A stretch of 64,000 nucleotides of DNA, taken from positions 12,710,001-12,774,000 of the forward strand of contig JBNRSN020000024.1 of assembly GCA_051313645.2 (NCBI GenBank), in the 5' to 3' direction. The DNA comes from Centroscyllium fabricii (lineage: Eukaryota). Below, piece after piece: positions 11,196 through 25,037 of this stretch. The position numbers and the translations under genes were made by a program. Below the pieces are notes generated by a model. It was not told the DNA's origin, searched no databases, and saw nothing but the letters and a program-made list of their open reading frames with translations. Every line of letters starts with the position of its first letter. Positions within the stretch are counted from its first letter, which is position 1.

Positions 11196-11993
11196 CAGCA
11201 AAGCTGTGACACACTTCTGCAAACAGCAATGGATTAGGAACATGAGGACATCTCGTTTAACAACCATGGCCGCTGTATCAAACTTCACTTACCTTCGACT
11301 TTTCAATTGAATATTTTCAGCTTTGTTATACCAATATATTTTTGAAGTGTGTGTATGACCATTACGTTAAAAATCTTATCTCTGCGTGCTGTTCCAGTCT
11401 GCAACACTCACTTCCAATTTTAATTTCTTTTGTTCACACTTGCGTCAAATTTTCCTCTTGTCCAATGTTACACTAGATATTCTTTCAGCATCGTCAGTCT
11501 CCCCATCAACTGTTCCCACATTCCCAACAGTCATGGCTTTACTTTTACTGCCCCAACATTTAGTCCAAAAATAGCATAGCCCAAGGGTCGGAACAATGAA
11601 ATTCCTCATTGTGTGCACTGGATATGCTAATGTTGCACGAGCAGGTCTTCCATTTTCCAGAAGGTGGGCTGATGCACACTCAAGAGGAGCTCAACTGCAA
11701 AGCAAGTGAGCTTACTTTACACGTAATATTAATGAATGGAACATATCCCTTCTTATGTCCCAAATAACAAATTACACCATGTTCGCCCAATACAGACCTA
11801 GCTAAAACTTCAACAAGTCAGCATTTACCAAACACCATTGCCCGGATTTTGCTCTAAACAGCAAAGGAACGGCTTCCGCCGTTCACCTCACGTACAATAG
11901 CCCAGAGATTTTTTGCAGGCTTGTCAGCGGAGATTTCTACTAATCCTGTGATCCTAGTGGGTAATTACCCTAAGTTCACACCATTACAGTGAA

Positions 11994-12770
11994 TACTGCA
12001 GTTATACAGGGTATTGGTGAGGCCAGATCTGGAATACTGCATACAGTTTTGGTTTCCATATTTGAGAAAGGATATACTTGCTCTCGAGGCAGTTCAGAGA
12101 AGATTCACTCGGTTGATTCCGGAGATGAGGGGTTTGACTTATGAGGAAAGGTTGAGTAGGTTGGGCCTCTACTCATTGGAGTTCAGAAGAGTGAGAGGCG
12201 ATCTTATCGAAACATCTAAGATTGTGAAGGGGCTTGATCGGGTGGATGCGGTGAGGATGTTTCCACTGATGGGTGAGACTAGAACTAGGGGACATAATCT
12301 GAGAATAAGGGGCTGCGCTTTCAAAACTGAGATGAGAAGAAACTGCTTCACTCAGAGGGTGGTAGGTCTGTGGAATTTGCTGCCCCAGAGAGCTGTGGAA
12401 GCTACTACTTTGAATAAATATAAAACCGAGGTTGACAGTTTCTTGGAAGTAAAGGGAATTAGGGGTCATGGTGAGCGGGCAGATAAGTGGACGTGAGGCT
12501 AGGTTCAGATCGGCAATGTGATCTCCTGGACAAGTTTTGATCGCCTAGATGGGTCGGAGAGGAATTTCCCAGATTTTTTCTCCCAAATTGGCCAATGGGT
12601 TTTTGTCTGGTTTTTCGCCTCTCGCAGGAGATCACATGGGTTCGGGCAGGATGGAGAGTGAAAGTAGAATTGAGGTTAGGATCAGATCAGCCATGATCTT
12701 GTTGAATGGCGGTACAGGCTCGAGGGGCCGATTGGCCTACTCCTGCTCCTATTTCTTATGTTCTTATTTC
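11994..12770 (+). mobile_element. CR1 LINE 3' fragment, subfamily with extended structured 3'UTR
   Basis: ORF 12014-12496 (RPDLEYCIQFW...QRRFTRLIP) followed by an extra module and the standard tail. Inserted in an older element spanning ~11840-12940. Confidence 0.85.
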
Positions 12771-14013
12771 TGTGTAGATTCCAATGGTGAAGCGCAGCCT
12801 GTGAAGGAGCAAGGCATCATGGACAGCAACTTCCAGATTTCCGCGTTTTAACTGCGCATGAGATTGCTCTCCGTTTTACCCTGCAATAACGGAAAGTGCT
12901 GATGGCATGGCCGTTATTATTACGGAAAAATACAGGCCATTGTCTCTGAACTTAAGTATTCACTCCCTTCACACCAAATTCTGCAGATGGAACTTCTCTT
13001 CCAGCTGAGCAGGGCCCTCCCCCAGCTTAGTGTGTATGTCCCAAGTTCTGAAATTCTGCCCCCAAACTGCTCCCTCTTTGACCAAACTTTTGGTCACCTG
13101 TTCTAATGTTTCGCTGTTAGGCTTGTCATCATTTTTTGTCCGATTACTCCTGTGCCTTAGGACATTTTACTATGTTAAAGGTGCTATATAAATGAAAGTT
13201 GTTATTGTCGTCAGAGATTAGCTAATTGAGCCAATCAACCCGAATTAGAAACAGCCACATGACACCTACATGGTCTGTTCAGCCAAGACCCTCCCCCACG
13301 ATGTTCAAATGAATGAAGCCATTCCAACAGATTAAGCTTGAATGTCACTACAATGTCCTAATAAAGCCCATTGCCTTGAACAGACAAGGTATGAGAGATT
13401 TTTGTTTGCTCTAGCAAAAAGCCAGCATATGCTGAATAGACCAACAGATCTCCTGCTGTGCTTCAATTTCTATGATTCTGAACGGCTATCTCTATAGGTG
13501 GATGAATTTATCTCTTTTCCCAATTGCCTGAACGTCTGCCTCCTTGTGTCTTAATTTTTCTGTGAAACTTCTCTTTCTCTACAAACTTTTCCCTCTCCCA
13601 ACCCCGTCTGAATTAGTTAGCCTGGATATAGTGGTAACACTCTCCTCTCCAAGTCAGAAGGTTGTGGATTCAAAACCCACTTCAGAGACTTGAGCAGTTA
13701 ATCTAGGCTGACACTTGATTGCAGTACTGAGGGAGACTTGCACTGTTGGCGGTGCTGTATTTCGGATGAGACGTTAAACCTAGGCCCAGTTTGTCCAATC
13801 CATTCAAAGAGCAGGGGAATTGGCACACTTGTTATATGCAGGTTGGCTTCTGTGTTTCTTTACATTAAGACAATGACAGCACTTCACATGACCATGGGAA
13901 CAGGAGTAGGCCAGTTAGTTAGACCCTTCAGCCTGTTCTACCATTCAATTAGATGATGGCTGATCTGTATCGCTGCCCAATTGCTCCATACCCTTGCCTC
14001 ACAAAGATCTTAG

Positions 14014-14640
14014 TGTAAGATTTGGCCGGTGCCAACATCAGTGGGTGCATGTGCCTGAAGGAATTTTGGACTTTTAAAATGGAGATGTACCCTTTTTAAA
14101 ATGGAGAGGCACTTTCAAAATGGAGTTTGGACTTTAAAAAAAGGGACTGACTGTTGGTTTCTGTGAAGATAGCAGGAACTGTCCATCTTTTGGGTTGCCA
14201 TGGGACCAGTCTCAACGCTGATGTCATGAAAGGCAGGGGCCTTCGAACTTGGGTGATTTGTCAAAAAACACATTTTGTCCATGGAGCTGGGATGTCTGGA
14301 TGGACAATGAGGTTTGCAGGCCAAAAGTAACACCTCTGGACTCTTTCAATGAATGGGGCAGTCAAGAACTTAAACAGTTAGCACTTCGAGAACTGCTCAT
14401 CTACAGTAATGGCCTACCACTGTTATCATCAAGATGACCAATCCAGGACAGAGACTTCACCAGGAAGACTAACTAGCATTTCTGCGGGCATGGTAACCAG
14501 GAATCGGCCAGCCTGTTTTGTGTATTGTACGGGGTATAAATATGCTGAACTTTGGGGATTCAGGGCTTGCTTTTCTCTACCATCTGTAAAGGGGCTCTCC
14601 GCGTAGTTACTCCTCCGTCAACTCTTCAGGGACGCCCGAA
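14014..14640 (+). mobile_element. Possible LTR fragment truncated by CR1
   Basis: Starts TGTAAG, has a TATA box gggtataaata at ~14532; no 3' end or TSD seen. Confidence 0.25.
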
Positions 14641-14649
14641 GTGAGTGCC

Positions 14650-17600
14650 TCGAAATAAGGTGCATGAATTAGCTGCTCAAATAGATGTAAACGGATATGA
14701 TATGATTGGGATTATGGAGACATGGCTCCAGGGTAACCAAGGCTGGGAATTCAACATCCAGGGGTATTCAATATTCAGGAAAGACAGGCAAAAGGAAAAG
14801 GAGGTGGGGTAAAGAGGTTAACACAATAGTAAGAAAGGATATTAGCTCTGATGTGGAATCTGTATGGGTAGAGCTGAAAAATACCACGGGGCAGAAAACA
14901 TTAATGGAAGTTGTATACAGACCCCAAACACTAATGCTGAGATTGGGGATGGCATTAAATGGGAAATTAGAGACGCGTGCAATAAGGGCACAGCAGTTAT
15001 CATGGGTGACTTTAATCTACATATAGATTGGGCTAACCAAATTAGTACCAATACTGTGGAGGAAGAATTCCTGGAGTGTATGACGGGATGGTTTCCTGGA
15101 CCAATATGTCGAGGAACCAACTTGAGATCAGACCATCTTAGACTGGGTATTATGTAATGAGAAAGGATTAATTAGCAATCATGTTGTGCGAGGCCCCTTG
15201 GGACAGAGCGATCATAATATGATTGAATTCTTCATTATGGAGAATGAAGTAGTTGACTCAGAGACTAGGGTCCTGAATTTAATTAAAGGAAACTACGAAG
15301 GTACAGGTTGAAGTTCATTAATCCGGCACCTGAAAAACCGGCAGCTTCAGTCGTTCGGCACAGATTTTCCCAACTGCCCGGCGCATGCGCAGACAATTCA
15401 AAATGGCCACCGTCAGGGCTGGGCTTCCCTTTCACCTAACATATACTCATTGGATCCCGGCTTAGTGACCATCCCGATGCCGATGGTGAATCCCAGGCCC
15501 AGAAAATGAGCTGCTGCCGCCTTTCGCAGGACGCGGTACAGCCAAAACTCGGCACCTGGCTCCCCATCGTTGCCGGAGGCTGCTGCGTGCTGACGTCACT
15601 GCGTTCCAAAGCTGGCATGCAGTGATGTCACGTGAGCCCGGCTTGAGCCGCGCATTGGGCCTCAGGCCCGCTGGAGCCGTGCAGCCCGCTCCCTGTTCCG
15701 CAGCAGAATCGATGGCTGCGTGCTGATGTCACCCCGTTCCGAAGCTGGCGTGCGGTGGAGTCAAGTGAGCCGGGCTTGAGCTGCGCATTGGGCCTCAGGC
15801 CCGCTGGAGCCGTGCAGCCCGCTCCCTGATCCACCATGGGCAGCAGAATCGAGTGCGTCCTGTGAGTTCCAGCCGACCCTAGGACCGAAAATTACCTTCC
15901 AGGCACCGGCGGCGCATGCGCAGAGCATTAAAAGTTTTGCGGTGGCCATTTTGAATGCTGCGCGCATGCGCCGCCGAAGCTTCAATCATTCGCCGTTTTC
16001 AATAATTCGGCAGGGTGCTGGTCCCGACCCTGCCGGATTAACAAAGTTCAACCTGTATGAGGCGCGAGTTGGCTAGGATGGATTGGGGAATGTTACTTAA
16101 AGGATTGATGGTGGATAGGCAATGGCAAATGTTTAAAGATTGCATGGATGAACTACAGAATTTGTTCATCCCTGTTTGGCATAAAAATAAAAAAAGGGTG
16201 ACTCAACCATGGCTAACAAGGGAAATTAGGGATAGCATAAGATCCAAGGAGAGGACATATAAATTGGCTAGAAAAAGCAGCAAACCTGAGGATTGGGAGC
16301 AGTTTAGGATTCAGCAAAGGAGGACAAAGGGATTAATTAAGAGGTGAGAAATAAGAGTATGAGAGCAAGCTTTCAGGGAACATAAAAACTGACTGTAAAA
16401 GCTTCTATAGATATCTGAAGAGAAAAAGACTGGTGAAGTCAAGCGTAGGTCCCTTGCAGTCAGCATCAGGGGAATTTATAATGGGGAACAAAGAAATGGC
16501 AGACCAATTAAATACAGACTTTGGTTCTGTCTTCACAAAGGAGGACACAAATAACCTCCCAGAGATGTCGGGGAACACAGGGTCTAATGAGAAGAAGGAA
16601 CTGAATGAAATCAGTATTTTGTAGGGAAATGGTGTTAGGGAAATTGACAGCTTTGAAGGCCAATAAATCCCCAGGGCCTGATAATCTACATCCTAGGGTA
16701 ATTAAGGAAGTGGCCCTAGAAATAGAAGATGCATTGCTGGTCATCTTCCAAAATTCGATAGACTCTGGAACAGTTCCCATGGATTGGAGGGTAGCTAATG
16801 TTACCAAACTATTCAAAAAAGATGTGAGAGAGAAAACCTGACATCGGTAGTCAGGAAAATGCTAGAGTCCATTATAAAAGGTGTAATAGCAGAGTACTTG
16901 GAATACAGTGACAGGATCGGACAAAATCAACATGGATTTCCAAAAGGTAAATCATGCTTGACTAATCTACGGGAATTTTTTGAGGATGTAACTGTTAAAA
17001 TAGATAAGGGAGAACCAGTGGATGTGGTGTATTTGGACTTTCAGAAGGCTTTCGATAAGGTCCCACATCAGAGATTATCGTGTAAAGTTAAAGCACATGG
17101 GACTGGGGGTAAGGTACTGACTTGGATAGAGAACTGGTTGGCAGACAGGATGCAAAGAGTTGGAATAAATGGATCTTTTTCCAAGTGGCAGGCAGTGACT
17201 CATGGGGTACCGCAGGGATCGGTGCTAGGACCCCAGCTATTCACAATATATATATTAATGATCTAGACGAGGGGATTAGATGCAATATCCCCAGGTTTGC
17301 AGACAACACAAAGCTGGGTGGGCGTGTGTGCTGTGAGGAGGATGCCGAGAAACTCCAGTATGATTTGGACAGGTTGGCTGATTATACTGCATCTGCCCAA
17401 TGTGGATAAATGAGAGGTTATCCACTTTGGTGGTAAAAACAGGAAGGCAGATTATTATCTGAACGGCAATAGATTGGGAGAAGGGGAAGTGCAACGAGAC
17501 CTGGGTGTCCTTGTGCACCAGTTGCTGAAGGTAAGCATGTAGGTGCAGCAGACGGTTAGGAAGGCAAGTGATATGTTGGCCTTTGTAGCAAGAGGGTTTG

Positions 17601-18193
17601 AGTACAGGAACAAGGATGTTTTGCTGCAGTTGTACAGGGCCTTGGTGAGACCACACCGTGAGTATTGTGAGCAGTTTTGGTCACCTTATCCGAGGAAGGA
17701 TGTTCTTGCCATGGAGAGAGTGCAGCAAAGATTCACCAGACTGATACCTGGGATGGCAGAAATGACGTCTGAGAGATTGGGTCATTTGGGCTTATATTTG
17801 CTGGAGTTTAGAAGAATGAGAGGGGTTCTCATTGAAACTTATAAAATTCTAACAGGACTAGACAGACTAGATGCAGGTAGGATGTTCCTGATGGCAGGTG
17901 AGTCTAGAACTAGGGGTCACAGTCTAAGGGAAAGGGGTAAGCCATTTAGGACTGAGATGAGGAGGAATTTCTTCACCCAGAGAGTGGTGAACCTGTGGAA
18001 TTCTCTACCACAGAAGGCAATGCATTAAATATATTCAAGGAGTTAGAAATGTTTCTTAGGGCTACAGGCATATGGGGAGAAAGCAGGGACAGGTGCCTGA
18101 ATTTGGCTGCTCAGCTATGATCTCATTAAATGGGGGAACATGCTTTAGGGGCCGAATGGCCGACTCCTGCTCCTATCTTGTATGTTTCTATGT
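14650..18193 (+). mobile_element. CR1 LINE, near-complete decayed ORF2 (APE endonuclease + RT), interrupted by a MITE
   Basis: Endonuclease (IMGDFNLH.DW) and RT fragments over several frames; tail tcctgctcctatcttgtatgtttctatg. Confidence 0.9.
15304..16055. mobile_element. Non-autonomous Tc1/mariner (Tigger/pogo-like) MITE, TA TSD, internal ~133-bp duplication
   Basis: TIRs CAGGTTGAA..TTAATCCGGCA / tgccggattaa..ttcaacctg; TA at 15302-15303 and 16056-16057. The empty site matches the CR1 copy at 22850-22875. Confidence 0.9.
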
Positions 18194-18239
18194 ACCACCT
18201 GAACGTAACTCTCTCGGCCTCATTGCATGCCTCTGCCTC

Positions 18240-18784
18240 TGTTAGGCACGGTTTTGCCTCTGGAGTTGAACGGACCCAGGACCACGTGAATCAATGACAA
18301 GGGCTGGTAATTATATCCAGCATACATCTCTAGAAATCCCCAGGACTGCCCGCGTGTTTGGCATCTGCGGAACTGCAAGTGTCCAAGACGCAGGCTAACA
18401 CGGGTGTGTGTGAGGAGGTTTCTAAATGTGTGTTCTGACCAAACTGAAGAGGGGTTTAATTAGAAGGGTTTTTCCATTATCTGGATTTTGGAAAGGGGTT
18501 GGGTCGGCGTGACCAACAGGGTGGGTATTTTAGTCTAAGGTTATAAGCTAGTGTCCACGGTCACCTACTTGTTATGCCGTAAGCGAGGAGTAGGGATTAT
18601 CGTTGTGTGAGTGTAATAAAAAGGAATGGATCTTTGACCAACTTGAACAGTTTTGTTTCGTCGGAGTCAATTATAATCTATCCATAGTAACTCCTTGGGT
18701 CCGAACTTGGCGATTGTGGAGCTTGTGGTTCGCGGTATAATCCGGACGACCAACCAGGTGGCATCCGGTCACGGCCGGGTTACA
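18240..18784 (+). mobile_element. Possible solo LTR (TG...CA)
   Basis: TGTTAG...GTTACA, with a TATA-like motif at ~18310 and AATAAA at 18615; CpG-retaining. No matching TSD found. Confidence 0.35.
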
Positions 18785-21010
18785 CAGTAATCTAGCTGGG
18801 GATGCTGCGCATCGGGCATAGAAGGCGACCTATTTGGCCTTGGTCTCTCTGGGATTACCCGCTAATCGACGGGCTAGGCAGGGACTATTGGCAAAAGCTC
18901 CTGCCATCCAAGGGAAACAACCCAAACCGGGGAGTTTTTAAATGCGCGGGTCGACTCAAGGGAGAGTCATAGAAACATGGGGCACGCAAAAACACCCTAC
19001 AGTCGTGATCATTCCAGCTGACCCGGCTTCAGAAGTACTTCTTTGGCTGTGAAGCCCTTTGGGACAGAATTCATGAGGTGGTTTATAAATGCAAATCATT
19101 TCTTTGTTCTTGGTCTTCCTGTCCCCATGTTTGAACTGGTCGTTCCCTCTCCCCAATGTCTGAACTTCAGATAAATTCCAGTTCCCGCTCATCTCCCCCA
19201 AATTAGGTAAAAGTCCCAATCCGCCATAAAATGCCCAAGACTAATATTTCTTAGTGTATCTGATCTCATGTCATTGCTCAAAGCCATTAGATGTATGTTC
19301 CTTGCCTTACCCATCTGCTGTATTGTGTTGTTGGGCGTCTTTTACTTTCATCTTGTTCCCTTTCCTTATCTCATGCACTCCTGTCTCTACTATTCTCAGC
19401 ATATCAGTTATCACGTACTACTCCCTCACCGAGCACTCTGTCCCATTGTCTACTATCCCTCATGTTCATTGTATAAGGAGTATTTGACCATCGGTGTTCC
19501 CCATGCCCCACTCACTACCCTCTTGCATTCTCTTCCCCGTTCACTCCTCTCCTCATGTTCCTTCCTCATTCTTTTTCTCTGCCTGCCCTCGCCCTTCTTT
19601 GTTGCTTCACTCTTTCTTCCCTCCCCTTTTGTCTTCCGCTCCACTCGCCTGTTGCCCCTTGTCTCCATATTCCTCACCCATCTTTCGCCCACCTCACTGT
19701 TTCTCCTCTTCTTTCGCCCCCCCACCCCCCGCCCCACTTATCCCCTCCACTTTTTCCCCATTTCTCTGCTTTACCACTAAGGGAGTGAAAGACTGAACCT
19801 CCGAGGGAGCCAAGTTTTTCTGGGTGACGGGGAACAACATCAAGAGTTTGCAGAGCAGGAGTCATCTACCAAATTTGTTATTTCTTCCTTCCCCCGCACC
19901 CCTCTCTTCACCCGCGTTATTGAATGACTAACAACAGAGGTGACAAGTTGGTCTTTTTTTAAAAGTAGGCTATTTACTGATGTGGCAGCACCAATTGTTC
20001 ACAACATACTGATCCTCAGAACAACCCAGAAGCTGGTAAAAAGAAATTACATGAAGTCTGAAGAGTCCAACATAGAATACATTTTGAATGTGTCAAAGTT
20101 AGTCAGTAAACACAGATGTCACCATTGGGACACATGAATCATCCCCATTAGAAGCACTCTTGAAGAGAAACCATGGTCAGGTGAGAAGAAACTGGGAAAT
20201 TTTGCCCAAAACCTAAAAGGATTTCTTCGCCCACATATTATTTATATTATTGCCAAAGGAAATTCATTGGGTACTTATCAAGCTGCAAGATGGGAATTGG
20301 GGGGGGGGGGGGGGGGGGGGGGGCTGGTCGGCAGTGGGTGGTTAATGGAGATGGGAGAGGGGGGAAAACAAACAGGGGAAGAGCAGGTTTAAAAAAAGCA
20401 ATCCAAAATCAGTTTGTAGTGATTAAGGAGATCTGCGAAGGGTAACGCAACCTGGAGAATGGTTATGGGAACTCCAGCAGCAATCCAAGCCCTCTTGTCT
20501 GTCCATTTGAAGCAATTGGGTATTGCATGGGCTGGTCTTGGGTCAGGAAAAAAAAATGAAAAAGGATAAAATTCGAGGGGAAGCAGAGAAATTATTTACG
20601 CCTCCCGAATTTTCTTCCCTTCCTCCCTTGTGGGCATCAACTCTCACCAGGATATAGTTCCACAAGTGCCTTGTCCAAGTGGCCATTCTCCCGGGTGTCC
20701 GGATGCTATTTCATGAGGCAAGGAGGCCACGACAACCAAATCCTGATGTAACACCCACAGGGGTTACTGGAAAGGCATCAGGAACAGGAAGAACCCAGGT
20801 CCACTGATGTTCAGGCCAAATACAATAACCCCAACTGCTGCTTGGCTAAGACCAGCTAATGCAGTACAGACCAAGGATTCAAACTATATGGCTGAGTACC
20901 ACATCAAGCAATGGATTTACTCACTGAGCCATCAGGCAGAGAAGAAGGAAAGGTAACTTTTGTAAAGTTTCACCTGAATCTTTGTCCTCAAGTAAACCTT
21001 GTTCCAAGCT

Positions 21011-21016
21011 TTTATT
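21011..21016 (-). terminator. Candidate LIG3 poly(A) signal AATAAA
   Basis: tttatt on the plus strand, about 535 nt past the LIG3 stop in unique sequence. Confidence 0.4.
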
Positions 21017-21549
21017 TTTTTAAGCTTAAAGAGGTCAGGTTATTTCTATTTTCAAAAGTCATTTCCAAATTGAAGTACTTCAGGGGTTCTGTAGAATTCT
21101 ACCACAAATAAAAGAAATGCAATATTGTTGTTAGTTGTAGAAAGTTGTGATGACTCCAGAGTAAACACTGCTCTTCACGAAGCTGTCCTTTCACACTTTG
21201 TTCTGTAAGGTAGCGTCCCATAAGGTCTGTGGATTGGAAAGCACATTCCCATGGCCTCGAATAGTGAGGTACAGCACCACAGTACAGAAAGAGTCAATAC
21301 GTGTCAGAAACAGGAGCGTTAAAGAAAGTGAAGACACTTGCAGCACCTCTTTGCATAGCTCTTCTTACTACGCAAGTCTACAAATGCATACATGATACCA
21401 AGCACAGAATCCCAATTGTGCCAATCTCATTCATTCCCACGACAGACGTCTTGATTACAAGTCTAAAATTTCTTGGAAAAGTGGTTAAATCTCGAATTCG
21501 AGATCTTTACCCTTCTGTTTTGAGTCGCTACGCCGGAGAGCACAACTTA

Positions 21550-21783
21550 TCAGCATGGCGGAACCAGCCTTCTTTTCTTGATGCACTCCCAGATCCAATT
21601 CACAGAGACACGTTTGGCACACGTATTATCCTTCACGTCACCAACCAGATGCGTTGCTGTAGCCAGGTCAAACTCTGCAACCAGGTCACCGTCGTATGCA
21701 ATGAAGTACCGGCGGATTCTGCTGAAGTCTTGCACTGATGCAGGCAAATAAAGCTTTACCCCTGTAAATATGTCCAGCAGGGT
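21550..21783 (-). CDS. LIG3: DNA ligase III terminal exon (BRCT, alpha form)
   Basis: AG|[39 protein letters not shown]...[15 protein letters not shown], matching the LIG3-alpha C-terminal BRCT. Confidence 0.96.
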   Translation of the reverse strand, partial: TLLDIFTGVKLYLPASVQDFSRIRRYFIAYDGDLVAEFDLATATHLVGDVKDNTCAKRVSVNWIWECIKKRRLVPPC

Positions 21784-21929
21784 CTGAGGAAAGAGGATAA
21801 TTTTGCATGAATATGGCAGATCCCTACTTTAATTTTTAAAAGCATTTGAGCAATTCCCGTCCTGGTTTCAAATATCGACCATAAAATACTTTAGCTCAAC
21901 TTCATTGAATTGAGACCAGCAATTACCAG

Positions 21930-24900
21930 CCAAGTCAACCAAGGGCAATAATGTGGGTGGGTTTAAACTAAAATGGCAGGGGGTTGGGAACCTGAGCAGG
22001 GAGACAGAGGAAAGGGAAACAAGGATAAAAGCAAAAGACAGGAAGGAGAAAAACAAAAGTGGCAGGCTGAGAAATCAAGGGTTTAAATCAAACATGGCCA
22101 CAGCAAATAATAATTCTCAAAGATTAAAGAGTGTTAAAAAAACAAGCCTGAAGGCTGTGTGTCTTAATGCGAGGAACATTCGTAATAAGGTGGATGAATT
22201 GGCTGTGCAAATAGAGGTAAACGAATATATGATATGATTGGGATTACGGAGACATGGCTCAAGGGTAACCAAGGCTGGGAATTCATAATCCAGGAGTATT
22301 CAATATTCAGGAAAGGCAGGCAAACAGGTAAAGGTGGCGGGGTAGCATTGCTGGTTAAAGAGGGGATTAACACAATTGTAAGGAAGGATATTAGCTCTGA
22401 TGATGTGGAATCTGTATGGGTGGAACGGAGAAATACCAAGGGGCAGAAAACGTTAGTGGGAGTGGTATATAGACCTTCAAACAGTAATGCGGAGGTCGGG
22501 GATGGCATTAAAAAGGGAAATTAGAGAAGCGTACAATAAGGGCACAGCAGTTATCATGGGTGACTTTAATCTACACAGATTGGGCTAACCAAATCAGTAA
22601 CAATGCTGTGGAGGAGGAATTCCTGGAGTGTATTTGGAATTTTGGTTTTCTGGAATAATATGTCGAGGAACCAGCTAGAGATCAGGCCATCTTAGACTGG
22701 GTATTATGTAATGAGAAAGGATTAATTAGCAATCTTGTTGTACGAGGCCCCTTGGGTCAGAGCGATCATAATGATAGAATTAATTCTTCATTACGATGGA
22801 GAGTGAAGGAGTTGACTCAGAGACTAGGGTCCTGAATTTAAATAAAGGAAACTATGATGGTATGAGGCGCGAGTTGGGTAAGATTGGGGAATGTCACTCA
22901 AAGGGTTGACTGTGGATAGGCAATTGCAAACATTCAAAGATCCCATGGATGAACTACAGAATTTGTTCATCCTAGTTTGGCATAAAATTAAAATTAAAAA
23001 GGTGACTCAACCGTGGCTAACAAGGGAAATTAGAGATAGCATAAGATTCAAGGAGTGGTCATATAAATTGGCCAGAAAAAGCAGTAAACCTGACGATTGG
23101 GAGCAGTTTAGGATTCAACAAAGGAGGACAAAGGGATTAATTAAGAAGGGGAAAATAGAGTACGAGAGTAAGCTGGCAGGGAACATAAAAACTGACTGTA
23201 AAAGCTTTTATAGATATATGAAGAGAAAAAGATTGGTGAAGTCAAGCGTAGGTCCCTTGCAGTCAGAATCAGGGGAATTTATAATGGGTACCAAAGAAAT
23301 GGGTGACCAATTAAATACATACTTTGGTCTGTCTTCACAAAGGAGGACACAAACAACCTCCCGGAGATGTCGAGGAACATGGGGTCTGATGAAAGGGAGG
23401 AATTGATAGAAATCAGTATTTGTAGGGAAATGATGGAGAAATTGACGCGATTGAAGGCCGATAAATCCCCAGGGCCTGATAATCTACATCCTAGGGTACT
23501 TAAGGAAGTGGCCCTAGAAATAGTAGATGCAGCTGGTCATCTTCCAAAATTCTATAGACTCCAACAGTTCCCATGGATTGGACGGTAGTTAATGTTACCC
23601 CACTATTTAAAAAAGGTGTAGAGAGAAAAGGGGGAATTATAAACCGGTAAGCCTGACATCAGTAGTGGGGAAAATGCTGGAGTCCATTATAAAGGATGTA
23701 ATAGCAGAGCACTTGGAAAACAGTGACAAGATCGGACAAAGTCAACATGGATTTACAAAAGGTAAATCACGCTTGACCAATCTACTGGAATTTTTTTGAG
23801 GATGTAACTGAAAGAATAGATAAGAGAGAACCAGCGGATTTGGTGTATTTGGACTTTCAGAAGGCTTTCGATAAGGTCCCTCATAAGAGATTAGCATGCA
23901 AAGTTAAAGCACATGGGATTGGGGGCAAGGTATTGACTTGGATAGAGAACCAGTTGGCAGACATAAAGCAAAGAGTTGGAATAAACGGCTCTTTTTCCGA
24001 GTGGCAGACAGTGACTAGCGGGGTACCGCAGGGATCGGTCCTAGGACCCCAGCTGTTCACAATATATATTAATGATCTGGACGAGGGAATTGGATGTAAT
24101 ATCTCCAGATTTGCAGACGACACAAAGCTGGGTGGGAGGGTATGAGGAGGATGTCGAGAAACTCCAATGCGATTTCGACAGGTTGGGGGATTGGGCAGAT
24201 ACATGGCAAATGCACTATAATGTGGATAAATGTGCGGTTATCCACTTTGGTGGCAAAAACAGGAGGGCAGATTATTATTTGAATGGCAATAGATTGGGAG
24301 GTGGGGAAGTGCAAAGAGACCTGGGTGTTCTTGTGCACCAGTCACTGATGGTAAGCATGCAGGTGCAACAGGCGGTTAAGAAGGGAAATTGTATGTTGGC
24401 CTTCGTAGCAAGAGGGTTCGAATACAAGAACAAGGATGTCTTGCTGCAACTCTACAGGACCTTGGGGAGACCACACCTCGAGTATTGTGTGCAGTTTTGG
24501 TCGCCTCATCTGAGGAAGGACGTTCTTGCCATTGAAGGAGTGTAGCAAAGATTCACCAGGCTGATACCTGGGATGGCAGGAATGACGTATGGGGAGAGAT
24601 TGAGTCGATTGGGCTTATACTCACTGGAGTTCAGATGATTGAGGGGGGATCTCATCGAAACCTATAAAATTCTGTCAGGCCTGGACAGACTGGAGGCAGG
24701 AATGAGGTTCCCGATGGTCAGGGAGTCCAGAACCAGGGGCCATAGTCTAAGGGTAAGGGGAAAGCCATTTAGGACTGAGATGAGGGGTAATTTCTTCACC
24801 CAGAGAGTGGTGAACCTGTGGAATTCTCTGCCACAGAGGGCGGTGGAGGCCAGTTCATTGAATATATTCAAGAAGGAGTTGGATATATTTCTTCAGGCTG

Positions 24901-25037
24901 AAGGGATCGAGGGATATGGGGAGAAGGCAGGGACAGGGTACTGAATCTGAAAGATCAGTCATGATCTAATTGAATGGCAGAGCAGGCTCGAAGGGCCAAA
25001 TGGCCTACTCCTGCTCCTATCTTCTATGTTTCTATGT
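21930..25037 (+). mobile_element. CR1 LINE, near full ORF2 with upstream ORF1 end, decayed
   Basis: CLNARNIRNK, IGITETWL, GGGVALLVK, GVVYRP (APE domain); [17 protein letters not shown] (RT); CR1 tail. Confidence 0.92.

Noticed and set aside
19254-19865. Cluster of overlapping ORFs (up to 170 aa)
   Set aside because: Pyrimidine-rich low-complexity sequence lacking stops by composition; no recognisable domain.
20299-20323. Long poly-G run (others at ~34640, ~43490, ~53775)
   Set aside because: Homopolymers whose lengths are unreliable in assemblies; several are element termini.
21301-21738. 145-aa plus-strand ORF
   Set aside because: Antisense shadow of the LIG3 terminal exon and 3'UTR.
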